Source: Elainellaceae cyanobacterium (GTDB taxonomy: Bacteria > Cyanobacteriota > Cyanobacteriia > CAZCXK01). Taken from it: a stretch of DNA of 16,921 nucleotides. Below the pieces are notes generated by a model that made no database searches, was not told the origin of the DNA, and saw nothing but the letters and a program-made list of their open reading frames with translations. Below, piece by piece: positions 1 through 7,691 of the stretch; the stretch's first letter is position 1, and every line of letters starts with the position of its first letter. The DNA is taken from contig JBNPEG010000239.1 in the NCBI GenBank assembly GCA_051117555.1, positions 1 through 16,921 on the forward strand, given 5' to 3'. The translations under genes and the position numbers were made by a program.

Positions 1-25
1 GGCTTGAGGTTGGGTTCGGAGTCCT

Positions 26-62
26 CCCCTCAGCGATATGCTTTTAGGATAAATCCGAGGGG
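26..62. repeat. Interrupted palindrome CCCCTC-[15 nt]-GGATAAATCC-GAGGGG (short dispersed repeat-like)
   Basis: cccctc (26-31) pairs with gagggg (57-62). Removing 32-46 leaves the near-perfect palindrome cccctcggataaatccgagggg. Confidence 0.45.
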
Positions 63-81
63 CGTACCGCTTATATACAAG

Positions 82-106
82 GTTGGGTTGAGGCACGAAA
101 CCCAAC
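82..106. repeat. REP-like cyanobacterial palindromic repeat GTTGGGTT-gaggcacga-AACCCAAC
   Basis: Perfect 8-bp stem, 82-89 with 99-106. Resembles the common cyanobacterial intergenic repeat GTTGGGTTGAGGNACGAAACCCAAC (from recall). Confidence 0.65.
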
Positions 107-162
107 ATCCATAGGCTTTAGCCAACTAAGCAATCCCTACTCACAAGTAATAGAGGATAGCG

Positions 163-187
163 GTAGGGCTGGCAGTGCCCACCCCAC
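163..187. repeat. Degenerate GTAG-type REP-like repeat (GTAGGGCTGGCAGTGCCCACCCCAC)
   Basis: Imperfect copy of the palindrome GTAGGGTGGGCAGTGCCCACCCTAC, starting with GTAG. Confidence 0.55.
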
Positions 188-215
188 TGAATAAGAGATG
201 TTGAGGGGTTGAGGG

Positions 216-274
216 GCGTTGGCGCTAGCGTAGCCATGCCCGAAAGGGTTATAGCCTCTCCATCGGAGAATCGC
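216..274. mobile_element. Short dispersed repeat inserted in a HIP1 site, carrying a second nested insert
   Basis: GCG(216-218)+TTGGCG+[27-nt insert 225-251]+TAGCCTCTCCATCGGAGA+ATCGC(270-274). Removing 219-269 restores GCGATCGC. Hairpins are TCTCC-atc-GGAGA and GCCC-gaaa-GGGT. Confidence 0.6.
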
Positions 275-340
275 ACTGGGAACATATGTGGGCGATCGCG
301 CTTATTTTACAGCCGTTAGCTGGCTTTGTTTTTGGATTGA

Positions 341-451
341 GACAGTACAACGAGAGTAGAGGAGTGGCTCAATTCTCAAAAGAGCGAGTTCGTTGATGCG
401 GCAAATCACGTGCTGATGAATAATGCTGAACTGTATCGACATTTGGCCTGA
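341..451 (+). pseudogene. 3' remnant of a small antitoxin/DNA-binding protein of the type found upstream of cyanobacterial doc genes
   Basis: Frame reads DSTTRVEEWLNSQKSEFVDAANHVLMNNAELYRHLA*. The C-terminus resembles the ..A.YVL.KNAELYRRLA* ending recalled for this family. In-frame TGA at 338-340 and no start codon for the N-terminal half. Its stop overlaps the next ATG (TGATG, 449-453). Confidence 0.6.
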
Positions 452-489
452 TGCGCCATTTGACGTTAATTGAATTGTTAGAACGATAG
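451..489 (+). pseudogene. 5' remnant of a Fic/Doc (death-on-curing) toxin
   Basis: MRHLTLIELLER* resembles the MRYLTLIEVLELH start of Doc proteins. Translationally coupled to the upstream remnant. The stop codon lies inside the element that starts at 485. Confidence 0.55.
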
Positions 490-574
490 CGTTCCTAAAT
501 CGCTTGTGAATCGTGTGTGAGCAGTAGAGGGCGACGCATGCCCCACCGCTCACAACCTATCTGGGATTGCTATA
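485..574. mobile_element. ~90-bp MITE/REPIN-like element with imperfect 25-bp terminal inverted repeats
   Basis: 485-509 gatagcgttcctaaatcgcttgtga vs reverse complement of 550-574 tatagcaatcccagataggttgtga: 18/25 identical. Internal hairpin tgtgagc(516-522)...gctcaca(548-554). Confidence 0.65.
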
Positions 575-730
575 CAAGGTGATCGTATTGTTATCTTCCA
601 AAATGATATTGTTTCTCAGTTTTCTACGACGACTCTTGCAATTCCCCCGACGACAAACCAGCTAGATATACTGGGGCTTTAGATATCTCACGTCGCCAGG
701 GAACCTTGAACAATATGACAATCATGAGCA

Positions 731-1552
731 ATGCCAGAAGGACCTGAAATTAAGCGAGCAGCCGATCGGATTGCCAAGGCGATCGCTCATCAACCGACCA
801 GAGAGCTTTTTTTTGCCTTCGATCATCTCAAACCCTACCAGAAAACATTGCAGGGGCAAACGGTTCTTTCTGTCGAGAGCCGCGGGAAAGCGATGCTGAT
901 TCGCTTTGAGAATGACCTCAGCATTTACAGCCATAATCAGCTTTATGGCAAATGGATGATTCGCGATGCCTATTCATTCCCCGAGACTAATCGGCAACTC
1001 CGACTAGCCATCCACACAGAAAAAAAATCGGCGCTTCTTTACAGCGCATCCGATATTGAAGTGTTGGATGATGCAGATATTGCCCAGCATTCGTTTCTAA
1101 AAAAACTGGGTCTAGATGTGCTAGACGACTCTACAACGGTTGAAGCCGTGATTGCACAATTGACAGACCCGCAATTTCATTGCCGTCGATTGACCACGCT
1201 GCTCCTCGACCAGCATTTTCTCTGCGGACTTGGCAATTATCTTCGCAGTGAGGTGCTATTTGTGGCACGAGTCCACCCCCCGCTGCGTCCTATTGACTGC
1301 GATGCTGATCAAATTCGCCAGTTGGCACAGGCCGCGATCGCCTTGCCTCAGCAGTCATATAAAACAGGTGGAATCACAAACGATTTAGAACTGGTTAAAC
1401 AGCTTAAGGAACAGGGCTATTCACGCAGTGCTTATCGTCATTGGGTGTACAAGCGAGACGGAAAACCGTGTCATGTGTGTGGAGTAGACATTGTGCGCGA
1501 ATCATCGGGCGGTCGAGCCTATTATTATTGCCCAACTTGCCAGCAACGTTGA
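731..1552 (+). CDS. nei: Endonuclease VIII (Fpg/Nei DNA glycosylase/AP lyase)
   Basis: N-terminal MPEGPEIKRAAD with catalytic Pro2/Glu3, close to E. coli Nei. Also RGKAML, SHNQLYGKW, H2TH motif LLDQHFLCGLGNYLRSE and C-terminal zinc finger CHVC...CPTCQ. Confidence 0.95.
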   Translation: MPEGPEIKRAADRIAKAIAHQPTRELFFAFDHLKPYQKTLQGQTVLSVESRGKAMLIRFENDLSIYSHNQLYGKWMIRDAYSFPETNRQLRLAIHTEKKSALLYSASDIEVLDDADIAQHSFLKKLGLDVLDDSTTVEAVIAQLTDPQFHCRRLTTLLLDQHFLCGLGNYLRSEVLFVARVHPPLRPIDCDADQIRQLAQAAIALPQQSYKTGGITNDLELVKQLKEQGYSRSAYRHWVYKRDGKPCHVCGVDIVRESSGGRAYYYCPTCQQR

Positions 1553-1582
1553 ATCAAATGTGACCAACTATCCTAGGACAGA

Positions 1583-1677
1583 TATAGCCGGACGCTCTCG
1601 CGTTAGGACATTGAACGTGTGGTGAGCCCCCGCGGCGCGGAGACTCACCACACAAACCTAAGTCCGTAGGGCATATA
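1583..1677. mobile_element. ~95-bp fold-back MITE/REPIN-like element (may also act as nei terminator)
   Basis: Nested inverted pairs: tatagc/gcatata ends, cggac(1589-93)/gtccg(1662-66), ttagg(1603-07)/cctaa(1657-61), and perfect 10-bp gtgtggtgag(1617-26)/ctcaccacac(1644-53). Confidence 0.6.
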
Positions 1678-1711
1678 CTCAAGATAGTCCTCATCAAACG
1701 GAGATCGATAC

Positions 1712-2590
1712 ATGGGGTCGAGTCTTGCTATTCTTGCATTTTTAATCATCGGCTACACGGTTGGCTCTGTGAGGATTATCAACCAGGGGGATGAAGCATT
1801 AATCGAACGGTTGGGCCGATATCATCGCAAACTCGAGCCTGGTCTAAACTTTATTGTGCCGCTCTTAGATCGCATCGTTTGCGTTGAAACCACTCGCGAA
1901 CGGATGCTTGACTTTGAACCTCAAGAAGCCATCACCAAAGACAACGTCAGCTTGAATGTAGATGCGGTTGTATACTGGCGTATTCTTGAGCTTCAGCATA
2001 CGTATTACACGATTGACGACATCGAAGAGGCGCTGCAAGCCTTGGTGATCACGAGCCTTCGATCCGAAATCGGGCGCATGAAACTAGAAGATACCTATTC
2101 GTCACGCCGCGAAATCAACCGAATTTTGTTGCAACAGCTAGATGAAGCAACCGCGACCTGGGGGGTTAAAGTGACGCGGGTCGAGGTGCAAAACATTATT
2201 TTGCCTCGCACGCTGGTAGCATCGCTTGAGCGAGAACGAGCGGCTGAAAGTGAGAAAAAAGCGGCGATCGCTGAAGCAGAAGGTAAAAAACAAGCCGCTA
2301 TCGAAGAAGCATCGGGAACGGTCGAGGCGATTCAGCAGATCAAACACGCCTTAGGAGATAAAGCAGATACCCGAACGATTCTTCAATATCTGCTGACCAA
2401 ACGCTATGTCGAAGCCAACTATGAATTGGGACAAAGCGACAATTCCAAAATTGTCTTTATGGACCCCAAAGCTATGACTCAAGCCATGGCTGAACTGATT
2501 GGTCCTGATTTGCAAACGCCCCCTCCTCATCGTCACAATGTCAGCCCTAGAAATATGCCAGGAGACGGGGGATCTGACGCAGGTTTATAG
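1712..2590 (+). CDS. SPFH/band 7 (stomatin/QmcA-like) membrane protein
   Basis: N-terminal TM helix; motifs ERLGRY..LEPGLNFIVP, QEAITKDNVSLNVDAVVYW, LRSEIG, WGVKVTRVE; Ala/Glu coiled coil. GGAGA RBS upstream. Confidence 0.93.
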   Translation: MGSSLAILAFLIIGYTVGSVRIINQGDEALIERLGRYHRKLEPGLNFIVPLLDRIVCVETTRERMLDFEPQEAITKDNVSLNVDAVVYWRILELQHTYYTIDDIEEALQALVITSLRSEIGRMKLEDTYSSRREINRILLQQLDEATATWGVKVTRVEVQNIILPRTLVASLERERAAESEKKAAIAEAEGKKQAAIEEASGTVEAIQQIKHALGDKADTRTILQYLLTKRYVEANYELGQSDNSKIVFMDPKAMTQAMAELIGPDLQTPPPHRHNVSPRNMPGDGGSDAGL

Positions 2591-2646
2591 CTCAAATCGA
2601 GAATCAAAATCGAGGACTCGCAGAGCTGACTCACGCCATCGGTGCG

Positions 2647-4695
2647 CTAAAACTCAACGTGCCAGACCTTGATATCTTGGCTCCAACTTCCGGTTGCCAT
2701 CAGCACACTCTTAGATCCTTCGGGAATCACCACAATAAAATTAATGTACGACTCATAGCCCGTTAATGTGCGATCTAACTGGCGCTGGCTCCAATCCCAC
2801 AATTTGATGGTTTCATCAGCACTCGTGCTAATTAGGGTTTTGCCATCAAAGCTCATAGCCAAGTCATTCACAAAATTATCATGACCTGTCAAGGTGCCTA
2901 GTTCTTCGCCCGTTCGTACGTTCCAAATTTTAATGGTCTTGTCAGCGCTGCCGCTAAACGCCGTCTGCCCATCCAGTGCAACCACGACGGAGTTAACGGG
3001 TCCGGTATGCCCTGATAACGTATGCAACATGTCTCCGGTGGCAATATTCCAGGTGATGATGATGTTGTCTGCGCTGCCGCTGATGAGGGTTTGCCCATCT
3101 GGACTAATCGCAACATCATTCACAAAACTATCGTGCCCGGTGAGCGTGCGAATGTTCTCTCCCGTAGCAATATCCCACAACCTGATAGTTTTATCGGCAC
3201 TAGCACTCACAAGCGTGGTGCCATCAGGCGTAAACTCGACATCATTAATAAAGCTTTCATGGCCGGTGAGGGTACGAATCGCTGCGCCTGTTTCTAGGTT
3301 CCAAAGCTTGACAGTGTTATCTGCGCTGCCACTCGCTAAAATTTTGCCATTAGAATTCACGGCGAGCGCTTGAATCGGGCCTCCATGACCTGTTAACGTC
3401 CTAACTTCTTCACCCGTTCGAAGATTCCAAAGCTTGATTGTGGCATCTTCGCTGCCGCTAATTAGCGTCTCGCGGTCAGGCGCGGCAACGAGTGCATTGA
3501 TCAAGCCTGCATGCCCGGATAGCGTTTGAGTGACGCTGATTTCTTCAATGGCTCCAGACGTTGATGATGCAATCTCAGAGGTCGAGTTAGTGAACGGGGT
3601 ACTGCGAAGCTGTTGAATACTATAAATTCCTAGACCTGCTACCAGAACTGCAATACCACCTGCCCAAAACCACCGTGGCACCCGGCGTTGTGTTGTATCC
3701 TTGGGTTGAATTTCGGTATCAGGATGAACCGCTGTTTGGCGATCGCGCCTATGCTGCTGTGATGAAGCTCGGGCCCGTTGCTGATCTGAGAGGTGAGCAA
3801 GCTGATCTAGGATATCTTGGGTGTCGTGGGGGCGATCGCTCGCTCTCGGTGCGGTGAGCTGGTCGATAAAGTCAGCGAACTGGGGGGAAATATGGGGGGC
3901 ATGCTGACGCCAATGCAGTTCATTATGAATGGGGTCATAAATTCCGTCATCGGTCGGCTGTTTGCCTGTGAGCAGAAAGATGAACGTACACCCCAACGCA
4001 TAAAAATCTGATTGGGGCACCGCTTGACCATATTCTTGCTCGGGCGGGGTATATCCAGCCGAACTAATGCGAGTGATGCCTTCCGTGCTGCCCAGTTGAG
4101 CCAGGTAGGTATAAGTCATCTCACGGGCTGCTCCGAAGTCGACCAGCACAATCTGCCCTGTTGAGCGCAACATGACATTTTCAGGTTTGATATCTCGATG
4201 AAAATAGTTGTCCTGATGGATCAAATGCAGAATCTCTGAAAGCTGGGTCAGCCAGTTGAGCGCTTGCTTTTCACCGATGGGGTGGTTTCCCTGTTGACGC
4301 ATCCATTCTTTAAGATTTGGACCGTCAATCTTTTCCATGACGATGCAGTGTAGCGGTTCGACTGCATTTCTAGGACAATATTGAAAATAGCCATCCGGCT
4401 CGATATGAGGAATGCTGGCATGCTGTAGCTTTCCTAAGACGACTGCCTCTTTGCGAAATAGCTCAAGCACCTTGGGATGGCTACTATAGTTCTCCTTGAG
4501 TACTTTCAAGATTTTGGGAGTACTCCGCTCATAGGCTTCATAGACCATACCAAATCCGCTCTTATCGCTCAGCAGCCGCATGACCCGATACTTATCTTGT
4601 AAAACCAGTTCAGATCCACAACTTTGGCAATAGCGATTACTGTCATTCCCAGGGTGGTCGGGTTGAAGGCAACGAGGATTAATACAAAGACTCAT
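2647..4695 (-). CDS. Membrane Hanks-type Ser/Thr protein kinase with N-terminal 4-Cys prefix and C-terminal WD40 propeller
   Basis: CINPRC...CQSCG; kinase motifs SGFG, ILKVL, HRDIKPEN, DFG, GYTPPEQ, SDFYALG; TM segment WFWAGGIAVLVAGLGIYSI; seven GH...W[DN] repeats. Confidence 0.95.
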   Translation of the reverse strand: MSLCINPRCLQPDHPGNDSNRYCQSCGSELVLQDKYRVMRLLSDKSGFGMVYEAYERSTPKILKVLKENYSSHPKVLELFRKEAVVLGKLQHASIPHIEPDGYFQYCPRNAVEPLHCIVMEKIDGPNLKEWMRQQGNHPIGEKQALNWLTQLSEILHLIHQDNYFHRDIKPENVMLRSTGQIVLVDFGAAREMTYTYLAQLGSTEGITRISSAGYTPPEQEYGQAVPQSDFYALGCTFIFLLTGKQPTDDGIYDPIHNELHWRQHAPHISPQFADFIDQLTAPRASDRPHDTQDILDQLAHLSDQQRARASSQQHRRDRQTAVHPDTEIQPKDTTQRRVPRWFWAGGIAVLVAGLGIYSIQQLRSTPFTNSTSEIASSTSGAIEEISVTQTLSGHAGLINALVAAPDRETLISGSEDATIKLWNLRTGEEVRTLTGHGGPIQALAVNSNGKILASGSADNTVKLWNLETGAAIRTLTGHESFINDVEFTPDGTTLVSASADKTIRLWDIATGENIRTLTGHDSFVNDVAISPDGQTLISGSADNIIITWNIATGDMLHTLSGHTGPVNSVVVALDGQTAFSGSADKTIKIWNVRTGEELGTLTGHDNFVNDLAMSFDGKTLISTSADETIKLWDWSQRQLDRTLTGYESYINFIVVIPEGSKSVLMATGSWSQDIKVWHVEF
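2650..3540 (-). repeat. Seven intragenic WD40 repeats (~42 aa / 126 bp period)
   Basis: LSGHAG, LTGHGG, LTGHES, LTGHDS, LSGHTG, LTGHDN and LTGYES units, each followed by SGS.D.TI..W-like motifs. Confidence 0.9.
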
Positions 4696-4945
4696 AGTTA
4701 GCTAGTGATGCATTCCTGCGACAGAGACGGCCCCTCAATTTGATGATAATGTGCTGCTGAAAGCTGCTTTACCCAACTCGCTTGACTTTCCTTTATGCTT
4801 GGAGGATACCCTAGTTCTCAACCAGATTTGCTGAAGCGAGTGCAACGTTATGTAGAGTTGTGGATACAGAGTGGTGGGTCAGAGTACTTAGATACTCCTA
4901 AATAGTTCGCCTTTTATTATCGGTCAAAATCTGTACAGAGTGATG

Positions 4946-5542
4946 ATGTCAGCAGGGTCATACGAAACCACAACGTTAGGCTGGCAGCTAACTAAGCTAG
5001 GACAGCGCGCCTGGGAATGGATTGAGCTGCAATGGTCTAGAGGCAGAGACACCTCGACCGCCCCCCCGTCTTCTGTCACAATTCCAGACTGGCTAATTAG
5101 CACTGCGTTTTGGATGGTGTTAGTAGGGTTGCTAGCATGGTTGGGATGGCAATTTTATCAGATTCTTAGCCCCTACTGGACAAGGCGAAGCTCTCGATTG
5201 CGACGCTCGGCACCTCGTCAAACCAGTCGCTCCAGTCACCCGTTGAGAATGACAGACTGGTGGACGCGATCGCACCAGTGTCAGCAGCAAGGTGATTACC
5301 GAGAAGCCTGTCGCGCACTCTATATGGCAATGCTGCATCACCTGAGCGATCGCCATTTAATCGTGACGGATGAAAGTCTGACTGACGGCGACTATCGGAG
5401 GCTCGTGCAGCATCTTCCTAACCCCCATCTCTATCAGCTTCTGATTTCAACTCATGAGCTGCTTTATTTTGGAGAGGAGGCTGTTTCACCAGAGCGATGG
5501 GAACGCTGTCGACAGGCCTATCAGGAGATCGTATCCCCGTGA
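4946..5542 (+). CDS. DUF4129 domain membrane protein
   Basis: One TM helix, then GDYREACRALYMAMLHHL...SLTDGDY...THELLYFG, the DUF4129 pattern. First gene of the MoxR operon. Start could be 4940, 4943 or 4946. Confidence 0.85.
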   Translation: MSAGSYETTTLGWQLTKLGQRAWEWIELQWSRGRDTSTAPPSSVTIPDWLISTAFWMVLVGLLAWLGWQFYQILSPYWTRRSSRLRRSAPRQTSRSSHPLRMTDWWTRSHQCQQQGDYREACRALYMAMLHHLSDRHLIVTDESLTDGDYRRLVQHLPNPHLYQLLISTHELLYFGEEAVSPERWERCRQAYQEIVSP

Positions 5543-6684
5543 ATCAGCTAACCGAGATAACGCGACTGAGAGCTTGGAAGAATTGGGGTATTGTGGCGAT
5601 CGCCCTCGGGTCACTGCTGATAATCACGGTGATTGCTGCGCCTCAAAATCCTCGACTTAGCGGATCAACCTATAGCCACGCCCCGTCAGGCTATGGAGCG
5701 TGGTACGAATTTATGGAGCAGCAGGGCGTCTCCATTCAGCGATGGGAACAGCCCTTTTCAGAGCTGCCTAATGAAGTATCAGGGGCGACCTCAGAGTCTG
5801 GCAGAATGACACTACTGCGCGTTAACAGCGGACTGGTTCCCCGTGAACTCACCCCAGACCAGCGGCGTTGGGTCGAACAAGGCAATCGGCTGATTATGTT
5901 GGGTGTTCAAGCACCTGTGACAGAAGCCGATTTTACTACTGTTCAGCCGAGTGAGGTCGGGGCTGTCAAAATTGAAACCACGCGCCGCTATACAGCCCCA
6001 TCGACTCAACACACCCAGATTTTGGGCGATCGCTTTGGTGATAGTGTTTGGCAGCGATCGCTCGACCAAGGCACTCTTATCCTAGCTACTACCCCCCATT
6101 TAGCTGCCAATGCCTATCAAAACGAACCGGGAAACTTCAAACTTCTGGCTCAACTCGTCGCAGGCAATCAACCCATTTGGGTCGACGAATATATCCACGG
6201 ATATCAAGCCTCCGATGTCGCATCTGCTCGCACATCAGACAATCCTCAAAGCTGGCTGGGTTATCTAGCACAAACCCCTTTGATGCCAGCCATCATACAA
6301 GTCGTAATTATAATCCTCGTGCTGATAGTCAGTATGAATCGGCGGTTTGGGATGCCCGCATCTATTTCATCCTCATCCCACAACAACAGCAGCGCCTATA
6401 TCCAAGCACTTGCTGCGGTGTTGCAGAAGGCAGAAAGCAGCGACTTTGTGATTGATATCATCGGGAGCCACGAACAGTTACGCATTCAACAGGTCTTAGG
6501 GCTAGGGAAAACGTTGGTCAATTCTCAAACGCTCTTGGCAGCATGGAAACACCAAACAGGTCGCTCCACCTCCGATGTAGAATATGTTCTCACCCCTTAT
6601 TGGCAGAAGAAGCGCCTGAGCGAGACTGACCTAATTGCGTGGATAAAACGCATCCAAACGTTGCATCAACATCTTCGTCATTAA
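5539..6684 (+). CDS. DUF4350 domain membrane protein
   Basis: N-terminal TM, GSTYSHAPSGYGAWY, WVEQGNRLIMLG, IWVDEYIHGY, second TM, then NRRFG. GTG start at 5539 overlaps the upstream stop (GTGA); the ORF track's 5497 start is less likely. Confidence 0.85.
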   Translation: MNQLTEITRLRAWKNWGIVAIALGSLLIITVIAAPQNPRLSGSTYSHAPSGYGAWYEFMEQQGVSIQRWEQPFSELPNEVSGATSESGRMTLLRVNSGLVPRELTPDQRRWVEQGNRLIMLGVQAPVTEADFTTVQPSEVGAVKIETTRRYTAPSTQHTQILGDRFGDSVWQRSLDQGTLILATTPHLAANAYQNEPGNFKLLAQLVAGNQPIWVDEYIHGYQASDVASARTSDNPQSWLGYLAQTPLMPAIIQVVIIILVLIVSMNRRFGMPASISSSSHNNSSAYIQALAAVLQKAESSDFVIDIIGSHEQLRIQQVLGLGKTLVNSQTLLAAWKHQTGRSTSDVEYVLTPYWQKKRLSETDLIAWIKRIQTLHQHLRH

Positions 6685-6713
6685 ACCTGTCACCATTCAC
6701 TATAGAGAGGCTC

Positions 6714-7691
6714 ATGACAGAAAAGTTGCTCATGACAGACGATATACACTCCAACGCAGGGTTTTTGCGCCTCAGCCAAGCGCTTAGCCAAATCGTAGTA
6801 GGGCAAGAAACACTCGTTCAACAACTTCTCGTCGCGCTGCTGGCAGGCGGTCACGTCATTTTAGAAGGGGTTCCTGGAACTGGGAAAACGCTGCTCGTCA
6901 AAGTATTAGCGCGGCTCGTTCAAGCAGAGTTTCGCCGCATTCAGCTCACTCCCGACGTGTTGCCCGCCGACATCTTAGGCACGACGATCTTTGATCTCAA
7001 CAGCCGCAACTTTATTCTCAAAAAAGGGCCAGTGTTTACCGAGATTTTGCTCGCGGACGAAATTAATCGGACGCCTCCCAAAACTCAAGCAGCCCTGCTA
7101 GAGGCGATGGAAGAACAGCAGGTGACATTGGAAGGGGACAGCTTATTGCTGCCCGATTTATTTTGGGTGATTGCCACCCAAAACTCAATTGAATTTGAGG
7201 GCACCTATCCCTTACCGGAAGCTCAACTTGACCGCTTCTTATTCAAGGTCGTGGTTGAGTATCCCGACTCCACGGCTGAGAAACAAATGTTGATTAATAG
7301 TCAAGCCGGTTTTAAGACTCGTCGCCTCGATTTAGTCACAATTGCCCCCGTTTTGACTGTTGCCCAGGTGGTGCAGGCACGTCAGGCTGCCGCCGCCATT
7401 ACCGTAAGCGATGCACTGCTCGATTATTTGCTTACGCTCGTTCAGCGATCGCGCCAGCATCCTGACCTAAGTTTGGGAGCCTCTCCCCGATCAGCGGTCG
7501 CCTGGCTACAAGCCGCCAAAGCTCATGCGTGGTTGGCCGGACGCAACTTTACCACCCCCGATGATATGAAAGCCGTTGCCTTTCCCCTATTACGCCATCG
7601 ACTCATCCTCAAACCGGAAGCGCAACTGGATGGGCTGCTCGTGGATTCCGTAATTTCGTCGTTGTTAAACCAGGTGGCCGTACCGCGATGA
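6714..7691 (+). CDS. MoxR family AAA+ ATPase
   Basis: Walker A GVPGTGKT, RIQLTPDVLPADILG, Walker B LLADEINR, ATQNSIEFEGTYPLPEAQLDRF, GASPR. ATG 6714 follows GAGAGG; alternative ATG at 6732. Confidence 0.96.
   Translation: MTEKLLMTDDIHSNAGFLRLSQALSQIVVGQETLVQQLLVALLAGGHVILEGVPGTGKTLLVKVLARLVQAEFRRIQLTPDVLPADILGTTIFDLNSRNFILKKGPVFTEILLADEINRTPPKTQAALLEAMEEQQVTLEGDSLLLPDLFWVIATQNSIEFEGTYPLPEAQLDRFLFKVVVEYPDSTAEKQMLINSQAGFKTRRLDLVTIAPVLTVAQVVQARQAAAAITVSDALLDYLLTLVQRSRQHPDLSLGASPRSAVAWLQAAKAHAWLAGRNFTTPDDMKAVAFPLLRHRLILKPEAQLDGLLVDSVISSLLNQVAVPR

Noticed and set aside
302..553. 83-aa minus-strand ORF
   Set aside because: Starts inside a repeat element and has no recognisable motif; the opposite strand is better explained as a TA relic.
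1..574. CRISPR array or tRNA in the hairpin-rich left end
   Set aside because: The hairpins differ from each other, with no regular repeat-spacer period and no cloverleaf.
2594..2614. AAATCGAG direct repeat after the SPFH stop
   Set aside because: Only two 8-bp copies; too short to call an STRR array or regulatory site.
2894..3373. 159-aa plus-strand ORF with periodic pattern
   Set aside because: Antisense shadow of the WD40 repeats.
4852..4867. Possible NtcA sites (GTA-N10-TAC here; GTA-N7-TAC at 9543)
   Set aside because: Spacing is not the required N8.
5497..5538. Longer N-termini from the ORF track (5497, 6639, 9093, 9658, 10154, 16886)
   Set aside because: Downstream starts fit RBS position, stop/start coupling, signal peptide or family length better.
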